Origin: Rebecca billardiae RCC1528
Taxonomy: Eukaryota > Protista > Haptophyta
Assembly (NCBI GenBank): GCA_965240325.2
Contig: OZ251228.1
Coordinates: 1,116,001 to 1,180,000 of the forward strand
Length of the DNA stretch: 64,000 bases
Reading direction: 5' to 3'
Below, one piece after another: positions 10,607 to 23,556 of this stretch (position 1 is the stretch's first letter; every line of letters begins with the position of its first letter). The notes under the pieces are model-generated. The model made no database searches, was not told where the DNA came from, and saw only the letters and a list, made by a program, of their open reading frames with translations. The translations under genes and the position numbers were made by a program.

Positions 10607-13338
10607 ATGGCGGCCCCTCGCCCTTCGGAGCAGGCGCGCGACGTCAACGACGCATCACTCGATTCACTCGCAAACCGCGCCACAGCTGTCGCTGCCACCA
10701 TGATGCCTATGCTGGCGACGGTGCCCAAGCAGCCTGTCGCGCGAGTTGCGGCCGCGCCGATGACCGTGCTCCTCGGCGTGCGCCTCCTCGTCGAGCAGGC
10801 GATCCGGCGTCTGGACGATGCGGACGGCAAGCTTGCAACGATCATCCTCGACTTCTGCGCTCGCCGCAAGTTGCTCTCCTTGGCGGTCTTCCTGACGTTT
10901 GGCGTGCTCGTCGACTTCCCGCAGGATGAGCACCGCGTGACAGCTGACTACCACAAGATCCGAGACCTCTTCTACGTGGGCGAGAAAGGGCGGACACCGG
11001 CGTGGGCCAGGCGTCTCGTGACGCCCCTCGTGAAGGCGGCCATGAAGACGGGCGGCACCGAGGACGACCATGAGACGGCGCGAGCGGTCCTCGTCGAGCT
11101 GAGCGCGAGCGGGTTGCAGGCGGCGTTGCTGCAACATGGGCTCATCGTCACGTCCACCAACTCGGGCGGCCGCGACGAGCCCGCAGTGCAAGTGGCCGAG
11201 CGCGTCGTGCTCGAGGTCGCGAGGACCATGCACCAGCTGCTCCCGATCATGAGACTCGACCACCCTCGCGCGCCGCTCGGCGTGCTCAACCAAGAGATCG
11301 GCGTGCTCGACCACGAGATCGGCGTGCTCAACCACGAGATCGGCGGCGCCGTTGATTTCGCGGGTGGCTCGCACCTCGTGCTGCATCAGCAGCAGGCGCC
11401 AAGCAAGGCCTGCGAGCCGCCGACGATCTACATCCCGGGCGTCCGCAATCGCGCGCACGACGCCTCGATCAACATCGTCACACTCCGCGCCCGCGAGCGC
11501 CGGGTCGACGTGCCAGTGGTGGTGCTTGCCTTTCAGCAGCAGATGCAGCAGCGGAGGCCGGCGCTGCAGAACACGGAGGAAGAGGACGCGCAGTTGCTGC
11601 CGCAGCAATCGCGCTTTGCCGCCGTCGGAGGCGAAGAGGGCCTGCTCGCCGCCGACGAGGCCCAGCCGCCCGCCAACGCGACGCTGCGCGACGCATCGCT
11701 CAAGGCGGAGGCGAGCTCGCCATCACCGTCGTCAGACGGGTCGTCGACAGGCGATTCACTGCCCGGCGACATCGAGCGCATGCCGGGCTTCACCGAGGAG
11801 CTGCCGGGCGGCGCGGCGGCGCCGCTGCATCATGCGCCGCCCGAGGACGCGACCGACGTCCCGCCCGAAGGCATCGATGGCGAGCTGACCATCAAGAGCG
11901 ACGCGGCTCGCGTGGCCATCTTGCTGCACAAGATCGAAGTCGGCGCGGTATGCGCGAGCACGATGGCTGCGCGCGCCCACGCGACGAACGCGATCCGCTC
12001 GCGCGTCGTGTGACTCACCGTCTCTCCCAGCACGCACCTCGTGCTCGTCCATGCGCGCGTGCGCAGGGGGGCTTCCGCGCACCGGACGATTTGGTGTTCA
12101 TCAATGGCGGCGCCGCGAGCGTGCCAAACATCGGCCTCCTCTGCTCGTATCGCGATCTCATGACGCGCGAGTTGGACTTGGAGGGTAAGGACGACGCCAG
12201 TCAGGGCATCGTGGCCGCGATCCGCAACCGCGTGCACCTGGCGCATGGAATCGCGATGCACCTGCCGCCTCAGTGGTCGCTCGTGCGACAGCTCGGCGAT
12301 TTCGGCGAACTCAGCGACACCGTGCTCGGCAAGGGAGCACAGGGCACGGTGTTCAAGCTCGTGGGCAAGAACGGCGAAATGTACGCGGTCAAGATGTTCA
12401 CGTGGCAACAGCTGTTCAAGCGCCACGTCGCCAAGCTCGTGCAAACGGAGCTGCTCACGCTCATCGCGCTCCGCGGCCGCGAGCACATCAACCAGAGTGA
12501 GTGCGCGCGGCTCACCCCGGCGGGCGCGCTTCCGCGCCGCCTTCGTTCGCGCGCCGCCGGCCCTCTCGATGGTGGGCGTGCACCGTCTGCTGTCTGCAGC
12601 CCGCACTGCGCCGCGCCGGTGCGCCTCTCACCGCGATGCGCGTTGTGCGCGCCCATCCGTCCATGCTGTGCGTGCCGGGCCCACCGATCGAATCACGCGA
12701 ATGCCGCCTGTCTGCCGTTTGCTCGCGCAGTCGCAGGCGTCTGCTGCGACTCTGACGGCTTGCACATCGTTCTCCAGTACGGAGAGAAAGGCAACCTCGC
12801 CGAATGGCTCGCCGAGAAGGGCGGGTATCTGGACGAGCTGCTGGTCGCCAAGTTCGTCGCGCAGCTCGCCAAAGGCTTGACGGAGATGCACAGCGCGCAG
12901 CTGATTCACCGCGACCTCAAGGCTGAGAACATCCTGGTCACGGAGATTGACCGCCAGCCCTACCTCTTGATCGCCGATTTCGGCATCGCCAAGGCGACGA
13001 ACCAGGGCGCCACTCGCATCGGCACCCTCGAGACCATGGCGCCAGAGATGCTTTCGGCGTCGTCGGTGGGCTACAACCAGAGCGCCGACGTGTGGGCGAT
13101 GGGCGTGATCACGTGCCAGCTGCTCACCGGCAAGATGCCGCAGACCGATCTGCACACGTCGACGGTCACTCTGCCGCAGGTGATCGGTGGTGTGCACGAC
13201 GTCGGGCAGCTCGCATCGGGGCTCGTCAAGGACATGCTCGCCTTCAACCCGTCGGCTCGGCCGACGGCGCTCCATATCCTCGCCCGCGCCCTGGCCTGGC
13301 AGGTCAAACTCATGACGAAGAAGCAGCCCCAACCGTAA
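10607..13338 (+). CDS. Ser/Thr protein kinase with long unrecognised N-terminus; exons 10607-11947, 12067-12496, 12731-13338 (~792 aa)
   Basis: GT-AG introns 11948-12066 (GTATGC...GCAG) and 12497-12730 (GTGAGT...GCAG) restore the frame and the subdomain IV/V spacing; GKGAQG, AVK, HRDLKAEN, DFG, APE, DVWAMG intact. Start codon uncertain (10607 or 10661). Confidence 0.88.
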
Positions 13339-16318
13339 CTTGCGCGTCATCGCGCTGCGCGCTGCTGCCACTTACGAGCCGCGACGCGCGTGTCGGCAAA
13401 TGCGCCATCAAGTGCTGGCGAACCTTCCGGCCGCCTCACCCCCACCCAACACCCCCTCGTCATCCATGACCATGAGTACCAGCTATACGCTACTGCACGC
13501 ATCATGCATGTCGTCGAATCTTGCCGCCGCCAGTGTGGTGACTGACGAGTCTCGTCGAGCGTCGTCTTACAGTTACTTTAAAAATAACTTATAAAACTGT
13601 GCCCTGGCGGGCGGGGGGTTCGGCGGGCCGTGCCAGTGCTGTCGCAATGTTTCCTCTGCGGGTTCGCGTCTTTCCACAGCATTCGCTCGTGGCCGTGGGT
13701 GACGGACAGTCGGACCAGTGACACCTGTGAAGTTCTCCCACGCGGTGCGGTACGCGTCCGCGCGCATCAGCGAGGCCCACACCCGCGAGGGAATGTGCAG
13801 CACGCGGGGCGGGGCGGGTAGCCCGTTGCTCCGCGCGAGCGCGGGTACGCGCTGTATGTGCCGCATCTCGACCGCGATGGCGTAATCGAGCGCCTCGCCA
13901 CCGACGAAGCCGCCCGAGTGGATCGTGTGCATGTCCTCCTGCCGCCAGCCGAGAGCGGTCGTCGCGAGGACGCTTGCCGATGTCCGCTCCGGGCATGATG
14001 GGCTCGGCGCAGGTCGCGCTGACGTCGTACACGGCCGCCACGCTGAGCACGAGCGCGTTGACGTTCACACGGTCGTCGCTCTTCGCCTCTTCGACAGGTC
14101 TGGCACCCGCGTGTTTGGCGTCACGAGGAGCTGTTGGTTGTGCGCGCGTGCGCGCACAGCGACAGCGTGTGCCACTCGCGATCGAGAGTGAGCATGAGCT
14201 GCTCATGCAAGCATAAGAATCGCAGCGCATCCGTCACCGGCGTGACGACGTCCGCCTCGTCCCGCAGCGCCTGCGCCATGGACGAGGATGGCGCGTCGAT
14301 GTTGCATGCTCGACGATTCATCTCTCTGCGGATGGCGCGGCGAGGGTCGCCAACTCGCGAAGACGCGGTTGCTGCCACGGCGACAGACCCGAGAGGTGCG
14401 TCCGCTGCGCGTCGTGCGCCGTTGGCGCTGCGCTTCCGTCGCATTGGTCACCGTCGACGCCATGCACGCCGGACGTGGGCTTTCGGCTGAGGGACCGCGA
14501 CCGACGACAGTCCGGCGCGCGGATTCCGGCGATCAAGTTCAGAAGGCGGCCGCGCCAATCTTGCGTCGCGCGGGCGAGACACCTCCACCGAGCCTGACGC
14601 GCGGCGGTGGGTCGCGCGAGTTGGTTGTCGTGCGCAGCGCTTGATACTATGGCCCTTGCGAGCGCTCGACGTGCAAGTCGGGCGAGGGCCGCCCCAGGTC
14701 GCACGATCGTGTCGACGCGCCGAGCGTACCTCCAAACGCGTCGACTTTGGCCCACGTTCGACCTGCACGCGAGACGACGAGGGGAGCAAGCGCGAATCGG
14801 GCGAAAACACGTCTCGGGAATCCTCGCGCGATGTCCGCGCCGGCGTTGGATTTGGCGCGCGCGGCCCACGCGCTCCGCGCCACCCGGTACTGTGTTTTCG
14901 GCCGAGCGTCCCCAGTCCGAGTGGTCAGGAGCTGCCCGGTAGTGAGCGAAGCGATTTTCTTTTCTTTGCGAGGCGCGATTTTCTTTTATTTCTTTTCTTT
15001 TCTTTTCTTTTCCCCCGGCACTACAAGGGGCGGACCTACGCCTACGGCCCGCCATAACTACAGTGCCCTCAACAGTTGGTTACTGAATACTGCGTACCCT
15101 TGTGTTTGGCTGTCTATACGACCAGGTTACTGTAACTACCGTGACTTGTGACTGTGTTTGGCTGTCTATATACCTAAGCTCAGTCACTGCCTTTATTGAG
15201 GCCCACTGCTGTCAAATGCTACTATCTGCTACTCGATCTTACTGTCACACTCCTATATAGCCCTTACTGAGACCAGGTCACTGACTGCCAGGTGGGTACT
15301 GTATGAGCTGGGCGGGTGTGTCACTGCCAATGCTGTGTGGGCTGAGTCAGTCAGAGAAATGGAGTGCAGGTGCACAGCCGGCTGACAGGTGCTGCGCGGG
15401 GGTGCTGGACCACCACGAGGGCAGGCAGGGATCGGGGAATTCACCCCGCCTGAGCAGGCTGTGGGCTGGCTGGCTGGGAGTGTAGCAGCTGTATAGTGGG
15501 CCCTGGCGCTGCAGCTGGATGGCCTTTGATACTGCCTAGCACTGTGGCACTGAGTAGCACTCGGCCAGCCTAGCAGTACAGCCTGGCGTGAGGCAGTGCA
15601 GTCAGCAGTGTCAGTGCACAGGCCACGTCTCTGCGGGTGGTGGTCGGGGAATGGCCACCACAGTGCACCAGATGCACCTAGCCTGCCAGCGGCCCACCTG
15701 CTGATAGGGTATGCCCTGTCGCACAGCACACAAGGCTCCGCCGAAAATCAGCGGCGCGCTGTGCTACAAGCTGGGCTGAAAGAGGTGTGGGAGCCAGCCG
15801 AGAGCCTGTCGGCCACGGTCACGTCCGAGCTGGCCGGCTTCACGTGCTGCCCAGAGGAGTCCTCCAATGGTCACCCACCCGGCTGAAGTCATGATGGGTG
15901 GGTGCAGCTCGACCGAATGGAGAGTGCTGGGGCCGCAGGTGCCCGTCATGCAAGCCTAGGCGGCCAGGAGAAGGTGTGATGTGCAGGTGTGCTCTCCGAC
16001 GCTGCCATGGCCCGCCATGGGCGCCACAGGGGCGCAGTGGCGGGGCTGACGACGCGCGCGCGTGTGCACGTCTGAGTCGCACGGAGTGCGCGCTGCAATG
16101 ACTGGCCCGTCTGCAGCACCACGCCCGTCGCCCCGCGTGGCCCGGACTGGCGACCAGGCCCTTGGTCCCGGACTGGCGACCAAGTTTTGTGACTTTTGTC
16201 CCCTCCCCCCCATATAGATGTAAGTTAGGAGCCTTAATGGTTCGCTGCGCTTATCTGGCGGCTGCGCAATCTCGTATGATCGAATATTTACAGCAAATGG
16301 CGCAGATTCGTTCATGAC

Positions 16319-16430
<112 letters not shown>

Positions 16431-16592
16431 CTGACCAATATTGACGGCGGCCACGCTTACTTATTGACTCAGCACGTCCGCGGGCTCGGTTTTAATCCGA
16501 CGTAATATAATAGACAGCGCTCTAGTAGTCACCCGCCCTCGGAAGATCGAAACTCACCCTCCAACAGCCCTCAAAATCGTCTGACCCCGTCC

Positions 16593-19500
16593 GAGGCCAC
16601 TCCACCGAAATCGTGCCCGTCCCGGGCTAGCCGCTCCACTGGCGTCCCGGGCTAGGCCCGGGACGCTCCGAGCGCGTCCCGGGCTAGCTGGCGCAGCGGG
16701 AGATAGTATTGAGCTCATAGGCGATGCCGCCGCGCCGCGTGCGCGCGCTCCGTCTCGCGCTGGCTGCGGCCGGGAGCGCGCGCGGCAAGCCGGCGCGTGC
16801 GGTCGGGCACCGGCGCTGAGGTATAGTGTGCCCATCCGCGCCCTCGGCTTGTGTCTGCGCGCCCTCCTCCGCCGCTGCAGGGCGCGCGTGTGGTCGCGCT
16901 GCCTCGCTCCCTGGGCGCACCGAAAGCGCGAGCGCGCAACGGGCCACATGTGGCGTGTCGGACCCAACGCGTGCTCGCCTGGCGTGGGCTTTGGGTTCGT
17001 CATGGCCCTGGTCACGCGCGACGCCGGCCGTGCCCAGCCTTCTGACCGCGCGCAGCGCGCGTAGCACTGGCAGTCCCAGCTGCAGTCGAGCTGACCCGTC
17101 GGGGCTCGGCGGCACCCAGCCACTGGTAGGCGGCCGTGATCAGTCCACACGTGAGTTAGACGGCGGCTACACATCAGGCAGGTCGCGCTCTGCCGCGTGC
17201 AGGACGGTTGCACAGCCACAAGTGCCCCCGCGATCGCGGCGCGCTCAGGTACGAACAAGAGCGCAGTATTTAGTGATGTTGCATGCGCGCCGCCGGCAGG
17301 TGGCGAGCTGGGCCGTGCTGGTCGGTGTGGCTGGCGGGCGCGCTCGCGTGCGTGGCATGAGCGAGCGCGCCGCCGCCTCGCCTGCCGCCCACGTCGCGCG
17401 CCGCGCGGCCGCGCGGCCTACGTCGCTTCGGCGCTCGCGCGGCCGGCAGCTCCCGATGGCAGCGTGGCCGGAAGGCGGCACCGGCGCCGCACTGCGCTTG
17501 GCTGGCAAATACGCTGCAGTATTCATACAGCATCTTGGCATACGGAGCAGCTAGCTGCAAAGTAGGGCATGGTCACTGCCGTTGCCATGCCATCAAGCCG
17601 TGAGCGCGCAGCAGCGGCATGAGCATCACCGCATGACGAGATGGATGCACAGCAGCACAGCTACTGTCTACTTTGGCCCTGGCTGGCGGTGACCGGGTGC
17701 GTGCCCAGAGCATGTCGGCTGAGACTGGAACAGCGCTGCATCGTGGTGTACCAGTGTCCGGAGGCCACCGTAGATGAGCGGAAGTTGGCTCACACCGGGT
17801 GACGAGCCTGTCACGCACAGCCCCAGGCCCTGGCCATCAGCGCGCGCATACTGTAGCCGTGGCTCGGCCTTGTCATTGGCTAGCGTATCGTACTTGGCAG
17901 CCGCCGAGCACCTCCGAGCACTGAGCTGCGTGTTGCGCCGTGATTTGTGGATGATGCGTGATGGCATCGTCGCACCACGCGTGTACCCTTGCATGGACCC
18001 GCCAGATGGGTGCTGCTCCGGCAGCCCCAGCCCATGACAACTCGGCACGAATGTGCGCATTCGAGGCCTCATCAGGGACTGCTGTATATTCAGTCAGGAC
18101 TCGCTTGACGCTCCTAAGTAAAGCGCTTTCATCCGGGCTCTTCATCATTGCCTCCGTCGATTCAACGGACGCCGTGGGCGTGGCAGGTGCCAACGTCACA
18201 ACTGACGCCACCTTAAGCACCATCCCACTTCGCTTAGGGCGTGTGCCTATGCGACAGCATCCAGTCGTCTTATGCGTGCGCACGCAGCCGCTCGCAAGCC
18301 GAGGCGGTGCCGCTCGCTGAGCGTGTGCAGCGTTCGAGCTACGCACCTCGGTTGTGGCCGACTCTGGCGCAAGTGCAGGCTGCCGTACGCCACTGGGTCT
18401 CCGCAACATGGGCAAGAGGGTCGACGCAACATCTCGGTGCGTGCGCATACCTTCTGCTCACGTATCCTGTGATTTGTGACCAGCCATGGGCACTGTCCAT
18501 CTACCGAGCCCGCAGGGTGAGGTCGCAGACGACAGTCAGCCTGCTGAGCTGTTATTGTACCACCCCAGAATCCGTGAGCGCTGCCGGACATCAAGATACG
18601 AGGAGACACGTGGCATGCGGGCACTCATCGACGCAAGACCGCCGGCATCAACCTCTTCACCCGCCGCCCCGCTCGCGAACTAGTAAGGACCAGTTCTTCA
18701 GCTGGCCCACGGCAGCCACTGTGTCCGATGTCCACTGGAGCTGCCGGCCGCGCGAGCGCCGAAGCGACGTAGGCCGCGCGGCCGCGCAGCCGCGCGGCGC
18801 GCGACGTGGGCGGCAGGCGAGGCGGCGGCGCGCTCGCTCATGCCACGCACACGAGCGCGCCCGCCAGCCACACCGACCAGCACGGCCCAGCTCGCCACCT
18901 GCCGGCGGCGCGCATGCAACATCAAAATACTGCGCTCTTGTTCGTACCTGAGCGCGCCGCGATCGCGGGGGCACTTGTGGCTGTGCATCCGCCCTGCACG
19001 CGGCAGAGCGCGACCTGCCTGATGTGTAGCCGCCGTCTAACTCACGCGTGGACTGATCACGGCCGCCTACCAGTGGCTGGGTGCCGCCGAGCCCCGACGG
19101 GTCAGCTCGACTGCAGCTGGGACTGCCAGTGCTACGCGCGCTGCGCGCGGTCAGAAGGCTGGGCACGGCCGGCGTCGCGCGTGACCAGGGCCATGACGAA
19201 CCCAAAGCCCACGCCAGGCGAGCACGCGTTGGGTCCGACACGCCACATGTGGCCCGTTGCGCGCTCGCGCTTTCGGTGCGCCCAGGGAGCGAGGCAGCGC
19301 GACCACACGCGCGCCCTGCAGCGGCGGAGGAGGGCGCGCAGACACAAGCCGAGGGCGCGGATGGGCACACTATACCTCAGCGCCGGTGCCCGACCGCACG
19401 CGCCGGCTTGCCGCGCGCGCTCCCGGCCGCAGCCAGCGCGAGACGGAGCGCGCGCACGCGGCGCGGCGGCATCGCCTATGAGCTCAATACTATCTCCCGC

Positions 19501-19603
19501 TGCGCCAGCTAGCCCGGGACGCGCTCGGAGCGTCCCGGGCCTAGCCCGGGACGCCAGTGGAGCGGCTAGCCCGGGACGGGCACGATTTCGGTGGAGTGGC
19601 CTC
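16593..19603. mobile_element. Foldback transposon, second array copy
   Basis: Same as 3643-6653 at +12,950. Confidence 0.88.
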
Positions 19604-20583
19604 CGTCCCCGCCTTTTCCGTTTGATCAAAAGATAACGTCTGAGGTCATATGGGTTCAAACCCAGTTTCCAGGTCTCTCTTCGGAGAGTGTGCGATGAAG
19701 GATGGAGCGGCAACCTGCCACCGTGAGCCTTACGCACGTTAAAACAAATATAAACTGTATATATATATATATATAGTACCCCTCAGGTTTAAGCGTTCGC
19801 TTCGCTGGCTACGTGATTGCACGCCCGCTCACGCCGTGACGAGCGCCCCATGGCGGCTCTCTCGCTCGTGGCGCACGGTCGGGGAGCACCCGCGTCTGCG
19901 CAGACACACGGCTCGCCCGCAAGTGTGCTGTGTCGCGCACGCGCGCGCTCGCGCGGCCGGCCATCGCGCACAGACCTGACTGGTCTCACATGCACCAGCA
20001 TGGTCGTGCACGCACAGCGCCGCTCCGCGCACGCAATAAATTCGAGCGTGGTGCGCATGCACGTACACTCTGTGTCCCTGGTCCACACACAGCGTGTGAG
20101 CTCGTGCTTTGACCACGTGCAGGCGCACCACAGACTTTCGCGCAGCTGCCGCGCCGGGTCGTGCCAGCGGCTCGACAGGCTCAGCTCGTGGGCAGCGCTC
20201 GCTCGATTGCATGCTCCTGCCGCGCAGGGTGCCCAGCTTGCTGCGCTCGGTGTGTACTGGCGCGCTCGGACGGCACCCCGCGTACGCCTCGGGCCACGCG
20301 TGGGAGCCTAGCTCCACGCACGGAGGACTCGCAGGCGCAGGCCGGCGGCTGCCTCACACGGCTTGGTCGGGAGGCCGCCGCGCGGCTACCGTCGAGCTCG
20401 CCGATCGGCTGCACCTACTTTCAGCGCACGCTACCGCCGCCTCGCGCACGACACGGCAAGGTTGAACACGTGACTGTGGGCGGGCATCAGCCCCAAGTAC
20501 GCAGCCATCAGCACCACGGCCTTCACCTTCAGCGCCGACGATAGAGCCGCCGCTTGATTTTATCGCTTTAAAAACTTGAGGGC

Positions 20584-20638
<55 letters not shown>

Positions 20639-20732
20639 TCTTTATTATATATTATTTCGACAGCGTAGTGAGGGCCCCCGGCGGGGCTCCACGCTACGCG
20701 CTCCGCCCTGCTCCGCGGGCCATAACAACCTG

Positions 20733-22814
20733 CTACACCACATGCACTACCGCCGCCTCCGCCTGCACGGCTTCCAGAACGCCCACGTCCTCTGCGAGCG
20801 CGCGCATCAGCAGGCGGAACGTCGGCAGGTCGGTCGCGTCCGCGTGCTCGGCGGCGAGCATCCCGCACAGCGCGTCGCGCTGCGCCGCGTCCACGTGTGC
20901 GCACAGCGCCAGCGCATCGCGCGCCAGCTCGAGGGGCGCGACGCCGCCGCCCGCGCCGGCGCGCCCGTTGTCCACGACAAGAGCGTGCAGCGCGCCGATA
21001 GCCTCGTCGCGCACGCCCGCGTGCGCCGGATCGACGAGCGCGCGGAGCAGCGCGTCCGCAACCACGGGCCGCGCAGTCACGCACTCTGGATGGGCGCGCA
21101 GCCGACCGCGCGTCGCCTCGTCCGCGCGCACCAGCCGCTCCGCCGCCGAGCGAAACGCGGCGCGCGCGCCCGGCCGCGCGAGCGCGTGCGCGTACGCGCC
21201 GACGAGCGCGCGCACCGCGCCCGGCGTCGCCTCGAGCTCGCGCCAGCGCTCGCGCACGAGCACGTCGAGCACGCGATGGTACCGCGGCGCCGACGCGCGC
21301 CGGCTGGCGCCCGACTCGAGCCGCGCCGCGCACAGCTGCAGCGCGGCCGCCCAGTGCGCGCGCGAGCCGCCGACCATCGCGAGCAGCCGCAGCAGCAGGC
21401 GCTCGAGGGCGGCGCCGGCGCGCTCGCTGCCCGGCCCGCCTGCCGTGCGCACCGGCCGCGCGGCGTACGCCACGAGCTCGTCGAGCAGCGGCGTGAGCGC
21501 ACCCAGCGCGCCGCCCGCCGCGCCGCGCGCGCCTGCCGGCGCGGCCGCGAGCGCGAGCGCGAGACCTGCAAGCGCGCCGAGCGCACGCGCGCACGCCTCG
21601 CGCGCGGCGGGGTCAGTGGCGCGCTCGTCGACGCTCGCGTAGTGCCGGATCAGCGCGGCTGCGACGGGCAGCAGCGGCTCCAACGCGCCGTGCGCCGCGT
21701 CCACCGCCGCGCGCGCCAGCCCATGCGACGCGCGCACCAGCGCCGTGAGCGCGCGCGCCCCAGCCGCGACCTCGCGCGCCGCTGCCGCCTCGCCCGCGCC
21801 CGACGGCGGCGGCCACGCTCCCGGCGTGAGCGCGTCGGCGCGCGGCGTGCCCGCCGCGTCGAGCAGGCCGCACGCATGCCACAGGGCTGCCGCCACGCGC
21901 ACGAGCACGCCGACCGCACCCGCGCCCCACTCCGCCGCGCCGTGCGCGCGGCCGGCGGCGTGCGCGGCCGCTCGGAGTGCGAACAGGCTCAGAGCGCCGC
22001 ACATCGGCGCACGGCCACGAGCGGGCAGCGCGATCATGAGTGCGTGCGCGTCGGCAACGAGCGCGTGCACGGCCGAGCGCACGCTCGCGTGCGCCTCGCG
22101 CACGCCGTCTGCCGCCCACGCCTCGGCCGGCACCGCGCTCGCGACCGCGCGAACCAGGGCCGCGGCCGCGCCGCCGAGCGCGGCCGCGGCCGCCCGCCCG
22201 TCGGCCGACGCCGCATCCGCTGCTGCTGCGTGCGCCGCGCGCAGCGCGCCGACGATGAGCTGGGCGGCCTCGGCCTCGGCGGCGACGTCGGCGCTCGAGG
22301 CCTCAGCCACGTGCGCGAGCGGCCTCGCCAGCGCGGGCGCGAGCGCGCGCAGCAGCAGCAGCAGCCCAACGCGGGCGCACGCGCCATCGCGAGCTCGCGG
22401 CGGCGGCGGCAGCGGCGACAAGGCTCGCGCCGCGCTCAGCGCCGCGCGCGCGAGCTCCAAGGCGAGCTGGCGCCCTCCGCCCGCGCACACATCGAGGGCG
22501 CCGACCGCCTGGCACGCCACCGGGCACAGCGCCGCAAGCGCGAGCAGCTCGTCCCCGCCCTCCGCCGCCCCGCCCCGCACCGAGCGGCGCGCACAGCTCA
22601 GCGACGCGCGCGCTCACAGCCGCCACGGCCGCATCCGGCCACAGAGCGAGCACGCCGCCCACAATGTCAGCCTCGGCGTGCGCGTCGACGAGCGCGGCCC
22701 GCGCTGCGGGCTCGGCTGCGTCATCCTCGTCGCTCTCGCCGCTGCTATCCACTGCCCTAACCCTCATCCGCGGACGCTGCGGAGGCGCCGCTGTCATGTC
22801 GGCGTCAGCAGGGC
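20733..22814 (-). pseudogene. XPO6: Truncated exportin-6 duplicate, second array copy
   Basis: Same as 7783-9864 at +12,950. Confidence 0.9.
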
Positions 22815-23556
22815 AGCCTTGAAGCATTTCATGTCTCGATTCTGCGAGTTGACAATACCCAGCTTGGCCTTCGCCCACCGCCCTTTGAGTTTCACGTAGC
22901 TGCTGCCCGAAGTGGCCCGCCCGTGTCGACGTCGTGCCCTCCGTCCAGCCGTGCGGCTGCACTTGGCGCAGCGCGCGATGAGTGCGGCGGCGCCTTCGAG
23001 ATATGGCGTACGAAGCTTGCCGACATCCCGAATGACCTCTCGCTCGCGCTTGGTGGTGGCATTTGCCTGCTTGATCAACTTGTCGATGGCGCGCCCAGGT
23101 CCTCCTGCGGCGTGTCCTTGAGCGTGCGCCGGGCGACGGCGCGCCATGCTGTGGATCGAACGGTTCGGCGGGTGAAGAGGGGGTAAGAGACTCAATGACC
23201 AAGGGCGCCCTTGCAATGACTTTACTCATCCTTGATTGTTACCGTACTACTACAATCTTTAGTGTTGGGGTCGAGTCCGGCCAGGCGACCCCGGACTCAT
23301 CTCCACTCCTACCGACGCACACGCTTGCTCAGGTCTGCAGCTCAGGCAGGCGAGATCGCGACGAGTACCCACCGCCCGCCGGCAGTCGCAGCGTATTTTC
23401 TCATGAAACGCATGCTGCCGCGCCCCGCCGCGACGACACCGAGCGGACCAGCTCACCGAAGGCTGACCGCCAACGACTCGTCGGGAGCGCCCCCCTTGAC
23501 GACAGCGATCTCTCCGCTCTCGCACGCGCACGGCGGCGCGAACGAACTCATACCGC

